DNA of 64,000 nt from Sphyrna mokarran (lineage: Eukaryota), in assembly GCA_024679065.1 (NCBI GenBank), contig JAGIQG010000023.1, positions 9,982,001-10,046,000 of the forward strand. The letters are read 5' to 3'. The translations under genes were made by a program, and so were the position numbers. Positions 25,876 to 38,274 of this stretch are shown here, in pieces. The notes beneath the pieces are model-generated. The model worked only from the letters and a program-made list of their open reading frames with translations. It searched no databases and was not told the origin of the DNA. Numbering within the stretch: the stretch's first letter is position 1; each line of letters begins with the position of its first letter.

Positions 25876-26199
25876 CAACGCTGTTGATCTGTGTCACATA
25901 ACTGCAGTTCTCCCCTGATCTGTTGATCACTGACACTGTAACCATTTCACTGGATTTGTCTCCCTGGTTATTTGAGGCTGTGCAGTAATATTGATGATGT
26001 TGCTGTGTGAAGGATTGACAATGTAGATCCAGTTTATTGGTGTCAGAGATCTTTGAATCTTCAGACGGGGTCTTTTCATACCATGTGTACTGAATGGGAA
26101 GTGATCCCTGGACAGACTCACAGGAAATGGACACTGAACCCCCAGAACATGAGGCATTTGGTGGTGATAAAAATCTAAGTTTAGGAACAGAAATTGGTT
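25876..26199 (-). CDS. Ig C2-type domain 3 (membrane-proximal)
   Basis: EPISVPKLRFLSPPNASC..ISCESVQG..YYCTASN..NCSYVTQINSV; donor G|GTAAGT. Confidence 0.92.
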
Positions 26200-26313
26200 C
26201 TGTTGGAAAGGAACAAACATTTAGATACTGATTGAATGTTAAAAATTAAAATATTTCTATGTTGCCAATATTTATACAGCTCATCCAGCGTGTGAGGAGG
26301 AGGGAAGAATGTT

Positions 26314-26344
<31 letters not shown>

Positions 26345-26599
26345 TGGGAGCTTGGCCGATTACGAGTAGTATCTACTAATTGCTGTCTATGACAACAGAT
26401 ATTCATGACGGAAGATTAGTTAGTAACAAGCATTGGAGTGTGACCTGAGACAGACTGTGGATATTTGCTGAGATGATGGAGACTTAAATATCTTTTTAAA
26501 AGTCTTGGGATATTAGACATATCAATGTCCCCTCCAGATAAAGCATCGTTCAGACATTTCAGTTGAGAGTAATAAAGATAATCACTGAGAACAATTTAC

Positions 26600-26908
26600 C
26601 ATCAGATATTTGTAGCTTTACAGGAAATATTGAAAGTAGGCCGGGTTTATCAATACCACAGCTGTACCATCCTGCATCTCCTGGGCGAAGATCCTCTATA
26701 GTAACAACAAATACTCCTTGTGTCTTGTTATCTGTGATCGACATTCTCCCTCGCCGTCCATCTGGATCATCTGATTTTACCAAAACAGAGCACTGACGAG
26801 TCCAATATTTTACGTGTGACTGGGACAATTTGTCATAGTGACAATTGATAGTGATCGCTCTTCCCAAAACTCCTGTTACATTATTTTTTGCCCACAAAGC
26901 ACTTGTAG
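26600..26908 (-). CDS. Ig V domain 3
   Basis: ATSALWAKNNVTG..INCHY..KYWTRQC..DAGWYSCG; 309 nt; about 95% nt identical to V2 by manual comparison. Confidence 0.92.
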
Positions 26909-27579
26909 CTGAAAAGACAACAAGTGAAAAACTGAACTGGAAATAATCATTTAATTCGATACCGATATGTTTCATTAGGATTTTTCACTGTGTTCTTAAA
27001 AATCTCTCCAATGCATCTTGTAATGCAATTGAATACTTCCCTGTTTGATATCATTGGGCTCATTGAATATGTGATCCCTGAGGACTGATAATTAGACAAA
27101 CATATTGAGATTGTATACTAAGCCCTTTATAAAGCAAGACCATGAGAGGTTCCATTAATCTTTTAGTCCTGGTTGGGATTTGTTGTGTTCAGCACAGACA
27201 TGTTGTCATTGCTTATTTTAATTTTACGCAGTAAAAGCACAGCTCTTTCAGATCCACCTCCTGGAGTTATTGCATTCTCAAATATCAATTCTCAGACAGC
27301 AGATTGTCTGCTCATGATCACTTTGCTTTTTGTTGGAGCTCATTGCTCATAAACTGGTACTGAGCTTCCAACATTGCAACAATGGCTCTGAATCAGTTCG
27401 AGCATCAATCAGAACAGACTTTAAAACTGTCCTGAAGATGTGAAAAGTGATAAATAAATGCAATTCAATTTTTATTAAAATTGCTTGGAACTACCAATAG
27501 AACTAAACCCATGAGCAATTCAGACAGACATTAATTTAAAACATGAGTTGAATTTTTTGAAGCTTAAAGCGATATTTAC

Positions 27580-27903
27580 CAATGCTGCTGATTTGTGTTA
27601 AATAACTGCAATCATTCTCTGAAATGTGAATCACTGACACTGTAACCATTTCACTGGATTTGTCTCCATGGTTATTTGAGGCTGTGCAGTAATATTGATG
27701 ATGTCGCTGTGTGAAGGATTGACAATGTAGATCCAGTTTATTGGTGTCAGAGATCTTTGAATCTTCAGACGGGGTCTTTTCATACCATGTGTACTGAATG
27801 GGAAATGATCCCTGGACAGACTCACAGGAGATGGACACTGAGCCCCCAGAACATGAGGCATTTGGTGGTGATAGAAATTTCAATTCAGGAACAGACACGG
27901 GTT
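27580..27903 (-). CDS. Ig C2-type domain 2
   Basis: Near-identical to 31711-32034; 324 nt; canonical splice sites. Confidence 0.92.
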
Positions 27904-29133
27904 CTGTGGGGAAAAAACAATCATTAATGGATTTTCGCAATCGCTTCATTGCAGTGTTAATGTAAGCCTACTTGTGACACTAAGTAAAAAAAGTTTTAAC
28001 TTTAAACTTAAAAACTTTAATCATTAGAATGACCAAAAAGTTAAATAGTTTCATATTATCAATATTTCTCAACCTCACCCAGGGTATGAGGAGGAAAGGA
28101 AAGTGTTAGAGAGAGAGAGAGAGCAGAAACTTGGCTGAATGTATTTATTATCTATTGATTGTTCCCATGGACAGCAGATATTCACGATAGCAAATTAGTT
28201 AGTGACAAGTATTGGAAGTTATCTGAGATATACTGTGGATGTTTGCTGAGATAACGGAGATTCAAATACCTTTCCTAAAATCTAACCTTGACCTGAATTC
28301 TCCAATATCGAGTGATCAGCCCCCACTGCCAGTTGGAAGAGGGAATTTGGCGCTCAGGGAAATCTCCATTCACAGTGGGACTAGATAATTCCAGCTGTGG
28401 ACGAGTTTGGTGAATTCCAACCATTGTTTGTATTTGTTTTAACATTTAACATTAAGTACCATTCAACATTTAAGTGCCAATACTGTTTAAAGTCTGGGGT
28501 GAGGTTTTATGGCCTCAAATAAATGAAACTGGAAAATCCCGCCCCAGGTCAACAGACATTTCTGTTGTCTGTCCCACATCTGCTCCAATACCATGGTGGG
28601 CAAGGCAGTAAAATTCCAACGTAAGTATCATGCAAAGGACATGAGCTGGGAGATAGAAACCATCAGCTGTCAGCAACTGAAATAGTTAATTGGGGAAATT
28701 GGCTTGAACTGCTCTTTTTGTACTGAGTCCCTTAGTTTCTGAACTCAGCACTGGAGTCTGACTTCAACTGAGTGTGAAGGAATTTACTACAGAAGAAGCG
28801 AGCTGTTGGTGAGTATCTGGTGAGTATTCAAGAAATGATCACGGTCTATTCTCCAGGCATCAGGAGCATGGGTGGGGTCCTTGCCAATTTGTTAACCAGG
28901 AGAGTGTTGTCCAAGGTACAATAAATCTGCCCCCATCTCTCTGGATCATTATTCTGTGCCTCTGAATTACAATTCCTCCAATACAATCATTGTTCTAACT
29001 GCCCTCTCGCTGTCACACTTTGCACTGGCATGGAGTCTCAGGAAGTCGGAACTGTCAATGTCCCCTCCCAGATAAAGCACCGATCAGACATTTCAGTTGA
29101 GAGTAATAAAGATAATCACTGAGAACAATTTAC

Positions 29134-29442
29134 CGTCAGATATTTGTAGCTTTACAGGAAATATTGAAAGTAGGCCGGGTTTATCAATACCACAAGTGTA
29201 CCATCCTGCATCTCCTGGGCGAAGATCCTCCATAGTAACAACAAATAATCCTTGTGTCTTGTTATCTGTGATCGACATTCTCCCTCGCCGTCCATCTGGA
29301 TCATCTGATTTTACCAAAACAGAGCACTGACGACTCCAATATTTCATATATGACTGGGACAATTTGTCATAGTGACAATCGATAGTGATTGCTCTTCCCA
29401 AAACTCCTATTACATTATTTTTTGCCCACAATGCACTCGGAG
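29134..29442 (-). CDS. Ig V domain 2
   Basis: APSALWAKNNVIGVLGRAITIDCHY..KYWSRQC..DAGWYTCG; 309 nt; phase 1-1. Confidence 0.92.
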
Positions 29443-31710
29443 CTGAAAAGACAACAGGTCAAAAATTGAACTGGAAATAGTTGTTTAATACAATCAGATA
29501 TATTTCAATGGGATTTACCACTATGTTGAGAGAAATCTGTCCAGCACATCTTCTAATACAATTGAATACCTCCTTGTTAGAGGTGTTGGGAACATTAATT
29601 GAATGAGTGGAATTTTCTAGAAAAAATTCAAATTATCAGGTTGAGACTGAAAACTAGTGAGTTTCTGTCCAGAAAGACAGACAGCTTTTCACACCAGATC
29701 TCCTGACATTGTCAAAAAAATCCGGGGGCGTGGTTTGTGTTGTCACTCTAGTTGGGTGCAGCCTGATTGGGCTGGCAAGGCCGTCTCCATAGAGATTGGG
29801 TACTATTTTTAAAGTTGAAGTTAAAGAATCCGCCTGTTGCTCACAGATATCAGGCTCTATCTCATGGACTTTGGGACCTCCAATGGACAAGGGAAAATGC
29901 CCCTCACATGAAGGGTCAACCTCCCCTCAGCATCCCACCACTCAAAGAATGGGTCACCCAACACCAGCCCTTCTCTGTCAGCATTCCCACTCCCACTTCC
30001 CACAGCCTCGATACCAAACCTGCCATTCAAATTCTCTAGCACCGTGCATGCACAATTCCTAACCCTACCCCCCCCCAAACCACCCCACATTGACCAAAGA
30101 TATCAGGCCCCAGCTCATTGACATTGGAATCCCCCACCATGGACAAGCGGAACAGTATTCCAAAGAAGGACTGGGGAAAGTTTATCTCTCAATGATAAAC
30201 CTCATAATCTTCAAGGGGAACCATTAATTGACCTCCTCATTGTGTTTATTGAATATGATCTCCCTGGCCATGATAATTATCTAACCATGTGGAGTTCATA
30301 TATCAAGCTTTATATGAAGCAAGACCTTGAGAGGATCCATTAACATTTTGGTCCTGGTTTCAAGGTATTGAAACTTTAACGCTGTTTCCATCAACAGAAT
30401 GTGCCTAGCCAGGTAGGTATTGCCAGCATTTTCTGTCTTTGTTACAGATTCTATCATCAGCAGCATTTTGCTTTTGCAATTTCTTCAATTCTTTTTTATT
30501 TTCAAAAGGATTATAACACACTGTGGACTAAAAGGTACATTTACTTCTTACTATTAATTAGAACTGTACTCACTGATGCTAACTGTAATTCAAGGTTATC
30601 ACTCACATATTTGAGTCAGATGATTGTGGGCTCAAGTCCTGTTCTAGTGACTTGAGCACAACCTAGGCTGAAACTACAGTAAATACTATTAGAAATGTCA
30701 ATTCTCAGAGAGACATTACACTGACGTTCTCTTGTCTTCTCAAGTGGGCATGGAAAGTTGCATGGTATTACCTTGAACAAGGTCAAGGAGGTTGTTTCAG
30801 TTCTCTGACCCTTACTTATCACTAAAACAGATGACCTAGTTAGTGTTTGTTGACTTTGCTATTGATAACTTGGGCACTTTTTGCAGCCTGTGGAGTTCAT
30901 AGAACACGTATATGTTAACTACCATTTTCTGCATCTCCACTTTCAATTTCCATAAAAAGCCGTTTTTAGATTTTGACTGCAATTCTGTCCTATGCTGTTG
31001 ATGTTTTGGCACCCAGAGGGATAACAAGAAGGAAGAGCTAGTTAACCTGTTCCTGGGCAAGGCTAAACTTGACTTCAATAGTTCCAGTGGGCAGTCTGGT
31101 GGCAGGGAAGGGGGGCCGTGTCTTCTGATTTGGCTATTTTCCACTCTTCTTCTGCTATATTCACAGATGGGTATCCTTGGCAAGGGAACATCTAGCAACT
31201 GCCAAAGCAATCGAGGTCGTCTGTGCCCATGAGGATTAAAATGTTAATCGATCCTCTCAAGGTCTTGCTTTATACAATAGAGTTGTTGTACGAACAGCTT
31301 CATTTCGCCATCAACTTTGTGTTCACCACAGTCGTGTGGTTATTATTTATTCTCTTTTATGCATCAAAAGCACGCTTCTTTCACATCCGGCTCCTAGAGT
31401 TGTCATATTCTCAAGCAGGAATGGTCAGAGAGCAGATTGTCTGCTCATGATCAAATCGCTCTTTAAGGGATCTTATCTTTCACAAATTGGTGCTGAGCTT
31501 CCTACATCACAACAATGGCTCTGAATCAGTTCCAGCATTGACCAGAACGGACTTTAAAACTGTCCTGAAGATGTGAAAAGCGCCAAATAAATGCAATTAT
31601 ATTTTAATTCCAATTGCTTTGAGCGATTGATAGAACTTAAACTGTAAGCAATTCAGACTAAGTTAATTTACAAATTAGTTGTAATTTTTGAAGCTTAAAG
31701 TGATATTTAC

Positions 31711-32034
31711 CAACGCTGCCGATTTGTGTTAAATAACTGCAATCATTCTCTGAAATGTGGATCACTGACACTGTAACCATTTCACTGGATTTGTCTCCCT
31801 GGTTATTTGAGGCTGTGCAGTAATATTGATGATGTCGCTGTGTGAAGTATTGACAATGTAGATCCAGTTTATTGGTGTCAGAGATCTTTGAATCTTCAGA
31901 CGGGGTCTTTTTATACCACGTGTACTGAATGGGAAGTGATCCCTGGACCGACTGACAGGAGATGGACACTGAGCCCCCAGAACATGAGGCATTTGGTGGT
32001 GATAGAAATTTCAATTCAGGAACAGACACGGGTT
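31711..32034 (-). CDS. Ig C2-type domain 1
   Basis: EPVSVP..GGSVSISCQSVQGSLPIQYTWY..YYCTASN; 324 nt; phase 1-1; canonical splice sites. Confidence 0.92.
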
Positions 32035-33120
32035 CTGTGGGAAGAAAAACAATCATTAATGGATTTTTCACAGTCACTTCATTGCAGTGTTAATGTAGGC
32101 CTTCTTTGTGGCACTAAGTCAAAAAAGCTTTAACTTTAAATTTAAAAACTTTAGTCATTAAGAATGACCAAAAAGTTAAATAGTTTCATATTATCAATAT
32201 TTCTCAACCTCACCCAGGGTATGAGGAGGAAAGGAAATTGTTAGAGAGAGAGAGAGAGTGCGATGGCAGTGGAAACTTGGCCGAATGCATGTAGTATCTA
32301 TTGATTGTTCTCATGGACAGCAGATATTCACGATAGCAAATTAGTTAGTGACAAGTATTGGACGTTACCCGAGATAGACTCTAGATGTTTGCTGAGATAT
32401 GGAGATTTAAATACCTTTCCTAAAATCTAACCTTATCCTGAATTCTCTGATTTCAGGTGATTAGCCCCCACTGCCAGTTGGAAGAGGGAATTTGGCGCTC
32501 AGGCAAATCTCCATTCACAGTGGGACTGGATAATTCCAGCTGTGGATGAGTTTGGTGAATTCCAGCCATTGTTTTTATTTGTTTTAACATTTAACATTAA
32601 GTGCCATTTGACATTTAAATGTCAGTATTGTTTAAAGTCTAGGGTGAGGTTTTATGGCCTCAAATGAATGAGACTGGAAAACCCTGCCCAAGGTCAACAG
32701 ACATTTCTGTTGTCTGTCCCACACCTGCTCCAATACTATGGCAGGCAAGGCAGTAAAATTCCAACATAAGTATCATCCAAAGGACATGAGCTGGGAGATA
32801 GAAACCATCAGTTGACAGCAAACGAAATAGTTAATTGGGGAAATTGGCTTGAACTGCTCTTTTTGTACTGAGTCCCTTTGTTTCTGAACTCAGGGCTGGA
32901 GTCTGACTTCAACTGAGTGTGGAGGTTTAAGGAACTGAAGGAATTTACTACAGGGGAAGTGAACTGTTGGTGAGCATCTGGTAAGTGTTTGAGAAGTGAT
33001 CAAGGTCTATTCCCCAGGCATCAGGAGCATGGATAGGGTCCTTGCCAATTTGTTAACCAGTAGATTGTGGTCCAAAGTGCTCTGAATCCATTCCAGCATT
33101 GACCACAATGGACTTTAAAG

Positions 33121-33230
33121 CTATCCTGAAGATGTGAAAAATGCCAAGTATATGCAATTATATTTTAATTCCAACACTGGTTCTGTGGGAAAGAAACAAA
33201 CATTCAGAAACTGACTGAATATCTAAAAAT
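33121..33230 (-). pseudogene. Remnant of a deleted C2 exon (intact 3' splice site plus first codons EPV)
   Basis: tttctttcccacag|AACCAGTG matches the C2 acceptors (cf. 26199, 32034) but is fused directly to sequence matching the intron that follows C2 (cf. 31518-31614). Confidence 0.75.
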
Positions 33231-33624
33231 CAAACACTCTGTGAATTTCAGCTTGTCAACCTTTCATTCAGGGTCAGTCATGTTGCAATCTCACCAATAC
33301 ATCTTGCTTTCCATATCTCTCCATCCTCCAAATAGCCTGAACTACAATGTCTACTATTATATCAGAATATAGGAGCTCTCCAGTTCAGACCATGAAGCAG
33401 GAGACAAAGATTTAAATTAATTGGTGAATGGATTAGAGAAGATTTGGGACAATGGGTTATTTCACTCAGGGACATTGAGGATCTGGAGCTCACTGCCTGG
33501 AAGAGTGGGAGAGGGTGGGAGAGGCAGATAACCTGATCACATTAAACAAAATGAATTAAACTTGAGATGCTGTAACCTACAGGACTCTGGATCAAGAACT
33601 AGATGGTGGGATTAGATTGGACCC

Positions 33625-33770
33625 AGTGTGATTAGCACTGCAGCCTCACAGGACCCGGATTCAATTCCAGCATTGGCTGTGTGGTCAGTGTGGAGTTTGC
33701 ATGTTCTCCCCATGTCTGCATGGTTTTCCTCTGGGTGCTTCAGTTTCCCCCCACAAACAAAGATATGCAT
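33625..33770 (+). mobile_element. V-SINE fragment
   Basis: attagcactgcagcctcacaggacccggattcaattcc..gtggagtttgcatgttctcccc. Confidence 0.75.
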
Positions 33771-34309
33771 ATATCTATGGGGAGGTGGTGGTCTAGTGGT
33801 GTTCTCGCACATCCAAAATCTCAGTTAATGTTCTGAGGACCTGTCTTCGAATCCCGGCATGGCAGGTCGTGGAATTTGATTTCAAAGAAGAAAATCTGGA
33901 ACTAAGAATTTACTGATGACCATGAAACCATTGTCGGTTATTGGAAAAACCCGTCTGGTTCACTAATGCCTACAAGGGAATGAAATCTACCATCCTTTCC
34001 TGGTCTGGCCTACATGAGATGCCAGAACCAAAACAATGTGATTGATTCTTAACCATCCTCTGAAATGGCCTCGCAAGCCTTTCGGGATGGGCAATAAATG
34101 CCACCCAGCCAGCGATGCACATGTCCCCAGATGAATGAAAAACAAATACTTGCACCTCCCAACAGGCATCAGTGCCAATGTGGGTGGTGCTGCAGGGGGC
34201 AGAGGGGCTGGCATACTGGAGGGTGGGACCTATTGGGGGCTTAATGAGTTGGGAGTTTTCACTGACCCTGTGCACTGGGATCGGTAGGAGAGGGAAAGGG
34301 GAGCGTGAA

Positions 34310-34492
34310 CAGCATTGGCCATCGGGGTGGGGGGAGATCGGGGCTGGCCATCTGGGTGGGGGGAGTTCGGGGCTGGCCATCTGGCTGGGGAGAGATTGGG
34401 ACTGGCCATCTGGGTGGGGGGGAGATTGGGACTGGCCATCTGGGTGGGGGGGAGATTGGGACTGGCCATCTGGGTGGGGGGAAATCAGGGCT
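34310..34492. repeat. G-rich ~30-bp tandem repeat (gggggagattgggactggccatctgggtgg)n, about 6 units
   Basis: Direct tandem copies. Confidence 0.85.
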
Positions 34493-35329
34493 AGCCCAGG
34501 AGAGCTCTGATAGGCCAGTGGTCAGATGGTGGAGGAAGTTGAGATGGCCAGCAATCGGGAGGCCAGCTATGAGGAGACCAGTGTGCATGTACCAATATCC
34601 ACAGTGACAGATTGGTATGTGTGCAGTGGTCCACTCAGCACTACGCTGTGGCCTCTCCAGTGGGATTTGGACCCACGGACCACACTTCAGGTGGAATCAA
34701 TCAGTGTTGGAGAATCATTCTGGTCCATCACTTATGTTGTCAAATGAGCCTCTTCAGACTCTGGAATTCCAACATATCAAGGAAACTGATCAGGAAACGT
34801 GTACTCCCTGTGTTGTGGGATTGCCCATCAACGAGCTGCTTGTCTTTGTTCAATCCTTTGTCTTGAGGAGCTCAGGCTCTGTGTGGGGGAAGCAGTTGCT
34901 GCTATTGATGCTATTGGTCACCTGGGTCCTCATCTGAAGCCCAAACTAAAATAAAACAGCCTGAGATCCACCCATGCTGATCTGATAGACATAATCATCA
35001 AAACGTCATTCAGAAATACACATTCCGGCCACTGTTGTGAAAATCGACACCCTGTAAATACTGATATTAAACCTTTCACACAATCCGGCTAGAAATAAGC
35101 AGTGAGGTTCCAATCCTTTCTGGCATCTTTCCCAGTCACTTCTTCAGCCTCCCCCATTGCCTCTGTTTTCTGCCCTTGCTCAGTAACCCGAGCAGCCACA
35201 GATAGATTCCACTAATTACACTCGCTGACTGATTAATAGACTGAAACTGATAAATCATCTCTCAGCAGGTAGGGGATTTGATCACACACTGATTGACATG
35301 TTTAAAGCTTCCATGGAGATTTTTATGAT

Positions 35330-35872
35330 CATGTGGAACATTTGGAATATGGTGTCCAATTCTGGTCACAACACAACCAGAAAGATGTGGAGGCTTTGGG
35401 GAGATTGCAGAAAAGATTTACCAGGTTGTTGCCTGGTGTGGAGGGTATTAACTCTGAGGAGACTTTGAAAGAGTTGGGATTATTCACTCTGGAAAGACGG
35501 AGGCCGAGGTGCGACCTGATAGAAATTTATAAAATTATGTAAGTTATAGATAGAGTGAACAGTTGGAAGATTTTTCCCAGGGCAAAAATGACAATTACAA
35601 GGGGGCACAAGTCAAGTTCTTAGGGGAAAAGTTCAGTGGAAAGTGCAGGAGAACTTTTTTACACAGATGATGGGTGGGGATCTGGAACACACTGCCAAAT
35701 GAGGTGGTTGGAGCAGATACGTTAGCCACATTTCAGAGTTATTGTGACAGACATATAAACAAACAGGGAGGAGAGGAATATAAGCACTTGGTCTAGATCG
35801 GTAAATGTGATTGGTGCAGGCTTGGAGGGTGGAAGGGCCTGTTCCTGTGCTGTCCTGTTCTTTGTTCTTTGA
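35330..35872 (+). mobile_element. CR1 LINE 3' fragment
   Basis: HLEYGVQFWS..RRRPRCDLIEIYKIM; tgttctt tail. Confidence 0.9.
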
Positions 35873-36204
35873 TCCCTTTCAGGGGCTTTCGCCATGTTGG
35901 ATTATTTAGTTGTTAAATTTCCGATTTGTTAACTTTTAACCTGTTAGCTTCACCCTGAATTTTCACTGGTTTATTTGAAAGAAGCACAAACTGACACATT
36001 GCAGATACATACGGATGTTGGGAGTTTGACTGGCTTCCCAACATATTGTCAATTTCTGTATATTTAACCCCTCTGTGCTCCCCTACCCACCCCCAAAGGC
36101 CCACCATTCGCTGCTAAACCAACAAGGTACAATTACTACCAACTGGGTGCTCACTTCACTTTGTCAATGTCTGACTATTAGATTGTTCTGGTCTGCAAAA
36201 ATCT

Positions 36205-36475
36205 TGATGTAGAGATGCCGGCATTGGACTGGGGTAAACTCAGTAAGAGGTCTGACAACACTAGTTTTAAGTTCAACCGATTTCTTTGATAGTAAACTTG
36301 CTAGCTTTTGGCGTTTATGCCTTCGTCGTGCGAATGAGGTGTTCTTGTCTCCAAAAGCTTTTGGAAACCAGAACACCTCATTTGCCTGACGAAGGCACAA
36401 ATGCCGAAAGCTAGCAAGTTTACTATCAAATAAATCGGTTGGATTTAAAATTGGTGTTGCGAGGCGTCTTACTGC
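36205..36475. mobile_element. Penelope-derived fold-back (inverted terminal repeats, about 235-bp hairpin)
   Basis: Arms 36241-36357 and 36358-36475 are reverse complements around ccaaaagcttttgg; the start matches the Penelope start at 48487. Confidence 0.85.
36380..36419 (+). ncRNA. Minimal Penelope-type hammerhead ribozyme motif
   Basis: AUUUGC-CUGACGA-A-GGCA(CAAA)UGCC-GAAA-GC-UA-GCAAGU: intact core, helix II, helix I pairing and a palindromic AGCU helix III. Confidence 0.7.
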
Positions 36476-36788
36476 AAAAATCTGACAGTGTGATATTTAA
36501 TACATTTCAGAGACAGAAAAAATATTCTGAGCATCACAGGTAATGGCTTTCACAATATCCCATAGTGAAAGGAATTGTTTGTCCGATAATGATTGAAGTT
36601 TTTGATCACAGTGTTGGACAGACCACAAGTTGAGTTTGTGTCACAAGAATGGGATTTCCAGGCCTCTGCCCTCTAGCTGTCAGACTCTGCATTGCTCCAG
36701 AGCCTCGGGATATCTGTCAATGTTTCCTCGCGAATAAAACATGGATCCGGCATTTTAGTACTAAAGAAAATCATTGAGAATAACACAC

Positions 36789-37109
36789 CGTGAGATATTT
36801 GCAACTCCACAGTAAACTTTGGATCGAGGTGAGGTGTATCAATTCCACAGCGATACCATCCTGCATCTCCTGAGTGAAGATCCTCCATCGTAACAGCAAA
36901 TATTCCTTGTGCCTTGTTATCTGTGATCGATATTCTCCCTCGCCGTCCATCTGGATCATCCGTTCTCACTAAATATGAGCATTGGTCAGTCCAACCCTGA
37001 CACCAATATTTCACATTTTCTTTGTATTGTTCAGTATAATAGCAATTTATTGTGATCACTCTTCCCACAATTCCTGTGACTCTCTTTTCTGCCCACAATG
37101 CACCTGAAA
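36789..37109 (-). CDS. Ig V domain 1 (CD300/pIgR type)
   Basis: VTGIVGRVITINCYY..KYWCQGWTDQC..GRISITDN..FAVTMEDLHSGDAGWYRCG. The second Cys pair (KYWC-x6-C) is typical of CD300/pIgR/TREM. Acceptor tcttcag, donor gtgtgt, phase 1-1. Confidence 0.93.
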
Positions 37110-38274
37110 CTGAAGAGACAACATTTCAGCAATTGACCAAGTAAATAACTGCTTAATGCAGAGAGAAACATTTTAATAAGATTTACCACTGCTTACAGAG
37201 GGAACTCTCCAATATCTGTATTCATCATTCTCTTTCTAGTTTGTGCTGAATGAAAACATGAATATAAAGCCGTGCTGTCAGTGCTAAAGTACTTCACTGC
37301 CAATGATTTCTTGTTAATGTATAGTGGCCATAGTTATTGTGTCACCTTGTCACTGGTTCCCTGACATGGAGAAAATCCTGGGGATGGCTGGAATTTCAAA
37401 GCCCCAAGATTGACAGTGGGACTGGAGTTGGGCTGGCATCACACAGACGTGATTCGTTCAATTCTGGATTGCCTTAAATTCATCATCTGCCTCAAGTGAA
37501 ATGGGATTTTGGATGAACAGAAGTGTGTGTGGAATCTGGAATGTGCAGATTAGAATAGTGAAGAAAATAGTGAACTTCGTGGATTCTTATGGAAGCCAGG
37601 GCGCACCTTCTGGAGAGGGAAGTTACTCTTTGGGAGGGGAGAGTTACATTTTGGTATGAACTCTAGTGAGTTGTCAGGGCTGAAATGATTATTAGGTTAT
37701 TTAAATTATTTTATTTATTAACCATGGCGGTGGGGCACAGAAACAGACCTTGTGTCCAGTTCACCTCCGGGCTGAACAGCCTGTGGGTTTGTTCCTGGGT
37801 TGCTCATCACAACTTATTTTTTAATGCCTTCCCTGACTCAGTGAACACGGTCCAGGGACGGCAATCTGGGCCTCAGTCTGACCCACAGGTCAGTGCATCA
37901 GGAAAGGCGCATTACTCAGAAAAAAATACAATGAAGTTTCCCAAGGCTGGTTTCTGGGATAAGGGGATGGGATGGGAACAGGTTGAGTCCACAAGGTGCA
38001 TATTCCCTGTCTGTTCTCCAGGAGCAGTTGTTAACTATGCAGTTTTTAGCGTCAATTCAACGAGCAATCAACTGAAATCGATCTCAGGCAGCTCTTAATA
38101 TTAGGGAGAGACAATTGTTTTCAGAGAGTGTGAGGAGCAACTTTCCACAGGAACGGGGAAAGGTCAGGAGACAGATTTCCATAATCTACCACAACCAGTC
38201 TGAGGATTGAACCCTTGCCAATGGAATCATCCTGCATTGCACTCTAACAAACTGAGTGAATCAAACTCTCCAGT

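Noticed and set aside
26563-29330. Duplicate plus-strand ORFs MRVIKIITEN..
   Set aside because: Antisense shadows of the V2 and V3 exons.
34172-34607. Gly/Trp- and Pro-rich ORFs
   Set aside because: Translation of a G-rich 30-bp tandem repeat.
25876-37109. Rearranging antigen-receptor (Ig, TCR or IgNAR) V segments
   Set aside because: Each V exon is complete through the G strand and ends in a splice donor; no heptamer-nonamer RSS or J segments were seen.
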